From Octopus bimaculoides (taxonomy: Eukaryota): a DNA stretch of 64,000 nucleotides. Every line of letters begins with the position of its first letter. The stretch's first letter is position 1. Positions 1-12,284 of the stretch are shown in pieces. The position numbers were made by a program, and so were the translations under genes. The stretch spans positions 1,806,145 to 1,870,144 of the forward strand of contig NC_068995.1 in assembly GCF_001194135.2 (NCBI RefSeq), read 5' to 3'. The notes below the pieces were generated by a model, which saw only the letters and a program-made list of their open reading frames with translations, searched no databases and was not told the DNA's origin.

Positions 1-918
1 GTGGTGGTGGTGGTGGTGCTGGTGGTGGTTGTGGTGGTGGTGGTGGTGGTGGTAGTCTTGTGGTTGTTGTTATCCTGGTAGTTGTTGTTGTTGTTGCTGC
101 TGAGGTTGTGAATATATATTTTCATTTTTGTTGTTTCAAAGATGTTACTATTATTGCTATTGATGTGATGGTGGTGATGATGATAGTGGTGTTTGACCCT
201 TAACACTTCAGGTCAAAATGTTACACCCTCCACTCCATATTAGGAGAGAACAAACAACAAAAAAGTAACAAAAGTAAAACAACTTCTAAAGGAGAAAAAA
301 AAAAAACCAAACAAACAATCCCCTTGCCATCTTAATCCCTCTTCATCAAAATGACCCCCAGATTTGATTTCTCTTTATTAATATTTAATATCAGATTTGA
401 TCCCTTTTTCAGTTACGTTATGTTGCTTTATATTTGATCACTGTGTCTACCAATACGTCATTTGTTTGATTCCTTACCAACATGTGACATATTTAATTTC
501 TGTTCATCAATATATACCATTTGACCTTTCTCTTCCATTATAGACCACATTTAATCCTATCCATAAACCATATTTGATGATCTCTCTCTTCACCAATATT
601 TGAAATATTTAATTTCTGTTTATCAACACATGTTGTATTTACCCTCTTCATCATTATACGCCATACTTGATCTCTGTCCATTATTACATAACACATTTGA
701 TATCTGTTTTCAAAATATATCATATCTGACTTCTTTTCGCCAATATATGCTATATTTATCCCCATTCTCTCAATGTGTATCATATTTGATCTCTGTACAT
801 TTGTTATTTAACATAGCTGATCTCAGTTTATCAAAAGTTTCCATATTTGATCTCTATTCAGCAAAATTTATGTAGCCTATTTGATCCTATTTGATCCAAG
901 TTTGATTCCAGGCAGTGA

Positions 919-920
<2 letters not shown>

Positions 921-1000
<80 letters not shown>
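921..1000. repeat. (AAT)n microsatellite; representative of the dozens of (CA)n, (TA)n, (CAT)n, (TGG)n and (CATA)n tracts in the window
   Basis: Direct reading. Confidence 0.98.
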
Positions 1001-1001
<1 letters not shown>

Positions 1002-1220
1002 TGGTCAATCTTATGAATCTATAAAATATTTCACCCCCAAAAAATGAACAGAGATCAAACTGTTTGAGACGTGGGGCTTCACAATAGATTTGAAGACAAA
1101 GGGAACAGTCTGGAAAGTTCTCTCCTCAAGTTAAATATTGACCCCTTCTTGCCCCTTCTGCAGGGAAAAAGTGATTTGATTCTGTGAATTCTGTGAATTT
1201 ATTTCTTATTCTTTCTTCAG

Positions 1221-1315
1221 CTATGCAAAAAGCTTCGAATAAAATCTTACCAAGACGATGGAAAAACAGAGGCAAAGTAAACTCAAGCTCTATATCAGCA
1301 ATATGGAAGCCAGAG
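1221..1315 (+). CDS. ARHGAP6: RhoGAP exon 1 ([31 protein letters not shown])
   Basis: ttcttcag acceptor, GAG|gtagg donor; phase 0 end fits the next exon; ATG at 1223. Confidence 0.75.
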
Positions 1316-1324
1316 GTAGGTCCT

Positions 1325-1359
<35 letters not shown>

Positions 1360-1816
1360 TCTCTCTCTCTCAGTTCATCTCTTAATGTTTTTTTCTCATC
1401 TCATTCCACCTCAAACAAAGCAGGCAACATTGGTTGCTTTGCATCTGTTGCAAAACATTGAGAAACGTTCCGTCTTTATTCAATTTCTATGGCTTCCATC
1501 CATATGTACCACCAGCACGGTATATATATTTACACACACACACAGGCACATAATATATATATATATATATATATATACATACATACATATAAACACAGCT
1601 AACTTCTTTCATCACAAAAAAGTTTATCAATTTCGCAGGTAATGGAAGAATTGCTATAAACTCTTTAAATTCTTCAATTATTTTCTTACATTTTGATAAA
1701 CTTTTTTAAAAATGGAAATAATTTATAAAGAAAAGCCTACTCTATCAATTCTCCATGTGTGTGTGTGTAAGCATACTTAGATATATATTTAGAAATGGTT
1801 ATAGATATAGAGACGT

Positions 1817-1864
<48 letters not shown>

Positions 1865-4077
1865 ATACTTATACAGAGCCAACCAGACAGATATAGCTAT
1901 ATAGTCATGTATGTATGTGTATATGCTTACATACATCTACATATAGACAACAAATAAATTTATAAACATGCATTTGTGTGTGTGTGTAAATGAGCAAAAT
2001 AATGGTGACATTGTCTCTCCTAGTTGACATGACAATCAATTGCTTTGCACTTTGGAATGTTCCGGAATAAAAAAAAAAATCCTTTACTTAAAAAACAGCC
2101 AAGAGTTTGTGATGAGAAGAGCAATCAGCTGTAAAAATATTGCCTCAAATCAGTCCCTATCCACCTCTAGCATTGAAAAGTGGGCTCAACCGAATGAACA
2201 AATGGAAATATATAAATGTGTGTGTGTGTGTTGGGTATTTCGGTTAAATTTGATAGTTTGCATAAATTTGATAGTTGCCATGAAAAACACCCAGTGCACT
2301 CTGCAAAGTGGTTGCTCTTATGAAGGGCATTGAGCTCTAGGAAACACAACAAAGTACATATTGGAGTTTGACGCAGTCCTCTGGTTTACAAGATGCTGTT
2401 AAACCATCCAACCCATGCCAGTATGGAAAACAGAACCTAAATGATGACGATGACAAGGAGGATGATGACAATGCTGATGATGTAGCAAATGGAAACTAGA
2501 TGGCCATGAACCTTGATGATGGTATCAGCCTCTGAGCAGCAACCTCACCATGTTGAGCGCTGAGGTCACCAATAATTATGACCAACTGCTGTTCTCTTGA
2601 AAATAAACAAGGGTTTTGAATTTTGGCACCAGGCCAGCAAGTTTGGGGAAGGGGTTAAATAGATTACAACAACCTCAGCCCTTATTTTATTGACCCTGGA
2701 ACGATGAAATGCAAAGTTGATTTCGGTGGAATTTGGACTCGGAACATAAAAGTAGACGAAATTCTGCTAACCATTTTTCTCTGCATGCTAACGATTCTGC
2801 CAGCTCGTTACCTTCAAATTAAATAACGATTGAAGGAGAAAGAAGAAAGACTGCAATTCTGAGGAAAGGGGTAAGTTGATTCCATCGACCCTTACAAATG
2901 ACTGGTATTTTATTTTATCAACCTTGAAAAGATGAAAGGCAAAGTTGACATCGGCAGGATTTGAACTCAGAATCTAAAGAGCCAGAAGAAATAACACAAA
3001 GCATTTTTTCCAATGCTCTACTGATTCTGCCAAACTAAAGAATAAAATTATATTTATAAAAGTTGAAAAAAAAAAAGAAGAAAGTAAAATAAAATAAAAT
3101 ATAAAAATAACTTAGCATTTCATTTAGAGTCTATGAGCTTGTAAGAACCAGAACTGGCAAATTCCAAGAATGTGAGACTTTTACAGCAATAGAATAAGTA
3201 GAAGAGGTCCATTCTTCAGTGTCATAGAAATTTCCATAGCTCGGCGCACTTACAGGCAAACCAGAAGATTAANNNNNNNNNNNNNNNNNNNNNNNNNNNN
3301 NNNNNNNNNNNNNNNNNNNNNNNNNNNNNNNNNNNNNNNNNNNNNNNNNNNNNNNNNNNNNNNNNNNNNNNNNNNNNNNNNNNNNNNNNNNNNNNNNNNN
3401 NNNNNNNNNNNNNNNTATGCATCATCCACCACCACCACCACCACCCCTCAACAACCACCTCCTTCCCATTCCCCAACCCTTACCAATTACAATCCAATGC
3501 CGCCCACCTTGACTTCCACAATCAACTCGGCAAAAGGCAACTTCCTGCAATATTTTATAAAAAAAAAAAAGAAGAAAGTAAAATAAAATAAAATATAAAA
3601 ATAACTTAGCATTTCATTTAGAGTCTATGAGCTTGTAAGAACCAGAACTGGCAAATTCCAAGAATGTGAGACTTTTACAGCAATAGAATAAGTAGAAGAG
3701 GTCCATTCTTCAGTGTCATAGAAATTTCCATAGCTCGGCGCACTTACAGGCAAACCAGAAGATTAAGAATTAGGTAAGACCGAAAACGGACATTCTCCTT
3801 GTCGAAAGAAACATCAGTAGACAGTGGCTTAACCAGCAGACAATGGGAAACAGAGAGAATTTTTGGTTAAGGAGGTGAAGAGAGGGAAGAGGGAGGAGCC
3901 GTTGAAGAATTGGTTATCATCGTTCCATCAGAATTTCTTCCTCTTCTGGAGAAATGCCACATATTTTTTGTATTTTACTTCCCAATAACTACTTCACTCT
4001 GTGAGAGACACATTCAGGATGTTGATCATTAAAATAATCTCTCATTCTGGCTCTCTTTATGCATATAAATGTGTGTG

Positions 4078-4125
<48 letters not shown>

Positions 4126-4397
4126 TACACATGCACACACACATACATTCATAATATATATATGCACATATAAATATATATGCACATATGTAATACATAA
4201 TGCAATATATATTTTTATTAATATTTAGAAGTAACAGAGTGATTCAAGGTCCGAGCGTTTCGTGCGTTGGCACTTATCAATGCAAATATATATACATATA
4301 TATATATATATATACATATATATGCAAACATGTATATACATGTACACACACACACACATGCACATACATGTATGTATATATATATGTATGTACGTAC

Positions 4398-4432
<35 letters not shown>

Positions 4433-6455
4433 CATCTATTTCATTATTGTTTACCAGTCTGTTTTTCTTTCTATCTATCTGCATGTATATGGGTGTCTGT
4501 GTGTCTGTGTGTATAATATATTATATTATATGTATGTATGTATATGCATGTTTATGCACACACATATATATGCTCACAAGTACAATCGACCATACACACG
4601 GATGCAAAAGAAGCACATGTCTATGACCCAATGCTGAGCCCCTCTTGGCAGCCACTTGATTAGCTAGAAATATGATTCAAATCTGCCTCAAATTACATCC
4701 TATCACCTTAGAAAATGACGGATTATTTAATCCTGAAGACATTATGGCTGGAGAAAGGCATGATGGAAGTCATTGGTCAAGAGGTTTGTGAGATCAGAAT
4801 TGACTTGGGGTTAAACAACAACCCACACATGCCAACCACTACCCACACTACCTCTAAATATAAATAAAGGAACTAGAACAAACCAGATGGTCACAGCTGG
4901 ACGATTGGATTTATCGCCTGATGATGGTTGGTGGTGGTGGTGGTGGTGGTGGTTTAGGAGGTTGGTGATTGTGAGGTTAATGCTTGTAGTGGCGGTGGTG
5001 GTGGCAGTGGTAGCGGTGGTGGTAGTGATGATGATGATGATGCTTGTTTATGAAGATGGTGATGATGGTTGAAATGATGATGATGATGATGATAATGACT
5101 ATAGTGATGAGCTCATCTAATGCAGTTATGGTATTGTGTAATACACACACACATGCACATACATATACATACATACATACATACATACATACATACATAC
5201 ATACATACATACATACACACACACACATACACACACAAGACGTCCATGTAAGTGTTAAAAACATATTGTTAATGCAATGAACAATAAAAGAAAGAAGAAA
5301 AGCAACACAATTTTTTCCCAAAATTGTATTTTGCTGAACACTGAGAAAGGAAAGGAAAGATGTTCTTAGTCGTTCGTCAGAAGGAAAGCATAAAAGGAGA
5401 AAGAGAAAAATGGCACTCTTCCTATTCTTCTGATGATGGACTAATGCGTGAAACATTAAGAATCATCTTCCTTCCTTCCTCTAAGTGTTAAGCTTGTCCC
5501 TGCTTTGTTTTATTGTTCATTGCGTCTACAGTATACATACATACATGCATACATACATACATGCATACATACATACATATATATCATCATCATCATCATC
5601 GTCATACGTCCGTTTCCCATGCTGGCATGGGTTGAACGGTTTGACAGGAGCTGACAAGCTGGAGCACTGCTACTCCATGCTCCAGTCGTCTGTTTTGGCA
5701 TGGTTTCTACAGCTGGACGCCCTTCCTAACATGGCAACCACTTTCCAGAGTGTAGACTGGGTGCTTTATATGTGACACCATCAGGGTTGCTTTTCACACG
5801 GCACCAACACACTTTTTTTATGAAATTCTTTGTTATTTTCAAAATTTCTTTAAACAAAAACAGGGCATTTCAACAGAAATTTGCTAACAAAGAAAAAAAA
5901 AAAGATTTAAAAAAATATATTTCCTACATGTCAGGTTAAAAAGGTTTCCTGTCAATGCTCCATGTGAATCCCATGTGCACATGAATGCATGTCTTGCAGT
6001 CTGTGCACATAAAGAAATTTCTGTGTGCACGAAAGGGTTAATTGCTTAAAATAATACTTTAATTATTAATTATCCTTATTACACATTCAGCGCGCACAGA
6101 GTTCCGTCAAGGTAAAAAGAAAGAAAGAAACAAGACTTTTGCACAAACTGATTGCTAAATATGAAGAAGAAGAAGAATGTTGCATCCAAGCAAGGTTTCT
6201 GCTTTTCTAATCTGTTGTTATCTCTCAAAGACGAAATAATGAAGCTTTGTTCCTTGGTTAGAAACCAGCCTCTTCTTTATCGAAAGAATTCAAAGAATTA
6301 TAAAAAAGACAAGAGACACACGCACACACACGTATGCAGACACACACACACACACGTATATAACGTGTGTGTGTGTGTGTGTGTGTATGATGACTTTTGC
6401 AGTGACACTGTCATGGTGGCAGTTGTGATTCTCATTCGTACCGTCATTGTTGTTG

Positions 6456-6488
<33 letters not shown>

Positions 6489-8260
6489 CCACTATCATTG
6501 TTGTCATCAGTATTGCTAACAACATAAAAACCACCACACTACCACTACCAGCTCCACCGTCACCCCCATCGTCAGCATCAGCATCTTTTCCACCAGCAAT
6601 GTTACTGTCATTACACACACACACACACATAAACACACACACACATGCACACACACACACGCATGCACACACGCATGCACACACACGGACACATGCATGC
6701 ACACACGCATGCATACTCTGTTCATGTCATCAATTCTTTCATTTCTTCCTCTGTCGTGACTTTTGGCAACATCTGTGTTGATGTGATGTATGAAGGGGAG
6801 GAGGAGGATGGTGGTGGTGGTGGTGGTGGTGGGGAGATGAGGAGGATGGTGGGATAGTGTGTAGTGAGGGTGGAGGTTGATGCTGGTGGCAGTGCCGTAA
6901 TGGTGGTGGTGGGGGTGGGGGTGACAGCAGCAATCACATTTCTAGTGGCGATGGTGATGATGATGATGATGATGTTAATTGCAGTGATGTATTGATGGTA
7001 GCTTTGAGGATTATCATCATCATCATCATCATCACATCACTGTCAGCACTCCATTACCATCACCATCATCATCATTACTACCACCATTACCACCATCATC
7101 ATCATCATCATTACTACCACCATCATCATCATCATCATTGTCATCATCATCATCACCGTCATTATCACAGCCAACAATTCCTTCAGCACTACAACCACAC
7201 ACACACACACACACACACACATTGCCACCACCACCAGCAACAACACCGCCGCCACCATCAGGATCTTTGTACACAAAAGACTGAATCTAACATGGTCGTC
7301 ACCAAAACTTGAACTCTCAGACACATGCACTCTCTCTCTTTCTCCCCCCTCTCTTTCTCCTTCCCTCTCTCTCTCTCTTTTCTCTTCCTCTTTCTCTGTA
7401 CTTTCCCTCCTCCCCCTCTCTCTTTCTTTGTAGGAACATGTGTGTGTATATATGTTCATTCATATTTCTCTATATCTTGTGTGTGTGTGTGGTTATTTAT
7501 TAGTTTGGATGCGTGTAAATGTGAGTGTAGAAACTTGCCTGTAGGTGTGTGAGTTTGTGTATTGGTATATATGTGTGTGCATGTCTTTATGTGGGCGTCT
7601 GCATGTGTGTGTGCGCATGTATGTAGATGTGTACTTGTTAATTTGTATGTCAGAGCAGGTGCTTGTAGGTGAGTGTGAGCGTGTTCACCGTGTGTGGGTG
7701 TGTGTGTGGATTGGTGTGCATGTGTGTGTGTGTCAGTTTGTGTGTAGGTGTATGTACATAAGACCATGTGTAGGAGTAGGGGCATGTGTGTAGGTGTGTG
7801 TGTGTGTAGGAACAGGTGTGTGCGTGTGTTTGTGGATTGGTGTGTGCGTGTGTGTGTGGGGGGGAATAGGTGTGTGCGTGTGTGTTAGTTTGTGTGTAGG
7901 TGTATGTACATATGACCATGTGTAGGAGAAGCATGTATGTAGGTGTGTTCACGTGTGTGTGTTGGTTTGTTTACATATGTATGTATAGTCATGTGTGGGT
8001 GTAGAAGTATGTATGTTGGTTTGTATTCGTTGGTGTTTGCAGAGGTGGGCCCACGTGTATGCTGAAAAAGTGTGTGGGTGTGTTTATGTGCGTGGGTGTA
8101 TCTATGTGAGTGTATACATATGTACTTATTGAGTGTGGGTGTGGAACTCAATATGTAGGCGTGGAGTTTTGTGAAGGTGTATGTAAGATCGCATGGAGGT
8201 GTAGAAGTAGATGCATGTGTGTATATAAGTATGCACAGAGATGTGTGTGACTGTTTCATT

Positions 8261-8292
<32 letters not shown>

Positions 8293-8365
8293 TATATTTA
8301 TATACATAGATACACATGTAAGTTTGTGTATGGGTATAGATGTATGTATGCAGATCAGTATGAGA

Positions 8366-8404
<39 letters not shown>

Positions 8405-8602
8405 GGGTGTGTAATCATATGCATTGCTATGTGGCAAGTAGTTTGCTTCTCAATGACAAGGTTCTAAGTTCAGTCAGTCCCACTGTGTGGTACCTGGACC
8501 AGGTGTTTTTTTTAAAATTTTATCACACTAGGCTGACAAAAGCCTTGCAAGTGGATTTTGTAGGCAGAAATTGAAAAAGCTTGTTACATTTATACATGTA
8601 TT

Positions 8603-8658
<56 letters not shown>

Positions 8659-9009
8659 TCTCTGTGTGCGTGTATGTGTCTATTTGTGTCACTGTCTCCT
8701 CACCATGACATCATGTGATAATTGTAAACAAGTGTCACCATTATGCAACCAGTGTTCTTCACTTCCAGTTTTCTGCATAAATATGCCCATTCATGGATGA
8801 ATATTAGCTTGGCTTGGAAATAGATGAGGGTTGGTGACCGGAAAGGCATCCAGCTGTAGACAAATCTGTTTCAACAATTTTTATCCAAGACATGCAGGCA
8901 TAGAAAAGCAGACGTTAAAACGATAATGTTGATGATGATGATGGTGATAGTGATGATATAAATACACATATATGTGTCTTTTTATACACACACACACACA
9001 CACATATAG

Positions 9010-9104
<95 letters not shown>

Positions 9105-9457
9105 TGTATTAGTTAGCTTCAATACCCCCTCCCCCTCTTCTCCCTTTTCCCTAGTAATATTATTACATTTCCTGTCTATACAATTATACGTAATAATGCT
9201 GTGTCAAGATAAAGTGATTCTTGAGCGGAAAGCTTGTTAGAGAAGCCATGCTTGGATACAAACAGAACCACATACAAACAGACACAGTCACACATACATA
9301 TGTGCATGCATACACACATACATACATAAACACATATACACAAACATATGTATATATATACATACATATATATATATTCAGATATGTATATACATAGCCA
9401 CTTGCTCATGCCTCATGGTGAAATGCCTACAAGCACAGCCATACATACATACATACA

Positions 9458-9515
<58 letters not shown>

Positions 9516-11458
9516 CATCATCATCATCATCATCGTTTAACGTCCGCTTTCCATGCTAGCATGGGTTGGACGATTTGACTGAGGACTGGTGAAACCGGAT
9601 GGCAACACCAGGCTCCAGTCTAATTTGGCAGAGTTTCTACAGCTGGATGCCCTTCCTAACGCCAACCACTCAGAGAGTGTAGTGGGTGCTTTTACGTGTC
9701 ACCCGCACGAAAACGGCCACGCTCGNNNNNNNNNNNNNNNNNNNNNNNNNNNNNNNNNNNNNNNNNNNNNNNNNNNNNNNNNNNNNNNNNNNNNNNNNNN
9801 NNNNNNNNNNNNNNNNNNNNNNNNNNNNNNNNNNNNNNNNNNNNNNNNNNNNNNNNNNNNNNNNNNNNNNNNNNNNNNNNNNNNNNNNNNNNNNNNNNNN
9901 NNNNNNNNNNNNNNNNNNNNNNNNNNNNNNNNNNNNNNNNNNNNNNNNNNNNNNNNNNNNNNNNNNNNNNNNNNNNNNNNNNNNNNNNNNNNNNNNNNNN
10001 NNNNNNNNNNNNNNNNNNNNNNNNNNNNNNNNNNNNNNNNNNNNNNNNNNNNNNNNNNNNNNNNNNNNNNNNNNNNNNNNNNNNNNNNNNNNNNNNNNNN
10101 NNNNNNNNNNNNNNNNNNNNNNNNNNNNNNNNNNNNNNNNNNNNNNNNNNNNNNNNNNNNNNNNNNNNNNNNNNNNNNNNNNNNNNNNNNNNNNNNNNNN
10201 NNNNNNNNNNNNNNNNNNNNNNNNNNNNNNNNNNNNNNNNNNNNNNNNNNNNNNNNNNNNNNNNNNNNNNNNNNNNNNNNNNNNNNNNNNNNNNNNNNNN
10301 NNNNNNNNNNNNNNNNNNNNNNNNNNNNNNNNNNNNNNNNNNNNNNNNNNNNNNNNNNNNNNNNNNNNNNNNNNNNNNNNNNNNNNNNNNNNNNNNNNNN
10401 NNNNNNNNNNNNNNNNNNNNNNNNNNNNNNNNNNNNNNNNNNTACTAGCTTAGAATGCTAGTATATAGCTTTTAAGCAGCTGACTCCGAATGGAAGATTG
10501 GCAAACAGATCTCTGACTTGTTTTGAGGAATTTCCAGATTGCGGGTCCGAATTCAGCCCAGAATGTTTTTAATTTACTCACAGAGTCACCCTGATTCCAA
10601 ATATTCTGCTTAATACCACAGATTTGCTTGTCAGTTGTTTGACCTTAACCAGTTGAGCATGTCCCTTGGTGGCTGATGATATGTGCATCTCTAATCATGA
10701 GCAGAAGTAGTGGGGGAGCATAGCCATGTGTTGAGAGGAATTCACTGGGATTTAAATAATTCACCTTTGTAAACATGGGTGTTTTGCTCAACATCCTTTT
10801 GAGCAGGATGGGTTACTCAACCTGAAGAAAATTCTAACTGGGCCCTACCTGCAAGGTCATGTGCTGTTTATCTTGATATGAGATCACCATGTCGCACACA
10901 TTTGGTTATGATGCATGTGCCTGGTGTACTCTTTTCAGACGGGTAGTCATGATAGGGAATATTGGACTTTGTATAATTGTACCCCAGTGTCACTTTGATG
11001 GCATGCACTGCTCGCTCACTCAATGATGATGATGATGACGGTTAATAACTTTGTGATGAACCCTGTTCTTTCTCTTTTTGTAGGGTTGCTGTACATGGGG
11101 GAATGTTAGTGGCCGTAAGGTTATTCTGCAACCAGTGAGTATCCTGACATTGACCAAAGCAGTTGAACAAGAAGCTCTGAGAAAGGTAGCACTGACCAAA
11201 GCACAAAAAATAATGCCAGACTGTACCATAGAGATTCCAAAAGGTTGGTAAAACTCTTTCAAGTCCCTATTTTCAGTGTCTGTCTCTCTTTCAGTCTGTC
11301 AATGTGTCTGTCAGTCTGTCTGATTGACTGTCTGTATCCCTGTAACAGTTTTCTTTTAAACATTTTATTTCATTTTAGAATGGTCTTAAACCACTATTGT
11401 CCCTGAAAGGTGTTTTTTATATGTGCGTGTGTGTGTGTGTATGTATATGTATGTATGT

Positions 11459-11529
<71 letters not shown>

Positions 11530-12243
11530 TGGTTGGCGTTAGGAAGGGCATCCAGCTGTAGAAACTCTGCCAAATTAGATTGGAGCCTGGTGTTGCCATC
11601 CGGTTTCACCAGTCCTCAGTCAAATCGTCCAACCCATGCTAGCATGGGAAGCAGACGTTAAACGATGATGATGATGATGATGATGATATATATATATATG
11701 GGGTTGTGCGAGTGTGTGAGTCTAAATTAATGAATGACAAGAAAACTAAAGTTATGAAATGACTTTCACTAGCTAACAGCTGTTTCTGCTATAGGAAACT
11801 GATGCACCCAGAGCTGGGTGGCAGTGCAGCATCTCATAACTTCCTCAGAGCCATTTTAATGAAGTGTTGTTTGTTTTTTTTTACTGCAGCATGTGTGGAT
11901 GCCAAACGACAGAAGCGGCTGAAAAAACGGTCTCAGTCTGTGAACCTTGGTGGCCTTCTATCACAGAAAGGTAAGCTGCTGAAATTCTACCATTTTCAAA
12001 GACATTAGCACCAATTTCTTCATATACCCAGCAATTACATTTTCTGCTTTGCCACTTATAAGGTTTTGGTTAGCTTGGGGCAGTAGTAGAAGTCACTTGC
12101 CCAAGCTGCTGCTGCTGCTGCTACGGGATTGAAACCCAAATGGCATGGCTGGGAAGCAATCTTTGCAACCACAGCCATATCTGTGCCTCACATGACCATA
12201 CATACTCACATATATGCAAGCACACTTGCAGAGACACACACGC

Positions 12244-12284
<41 letters not shown>

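Noticed and set aside
5300-5530. Purine-rich exon-like block in RhoGAP intron 1
   Set aside because: No paired splice sites giving a phase-0 in-frame exon, and no homology.
3989-9578. Numerous 60-210 aa ORFs rich in YI, HT, CV, poly-H/M/V (here and throughout the window)
   Set aside because: They are translations of di-, tri- and tetranucleotide microsatellites, which lack stops in some frames.
9589-10461. Long ORFs of 250-290 aa (also 43822-44705)
   Set aside because: Made up almost entirely of N-gap (X) residues.
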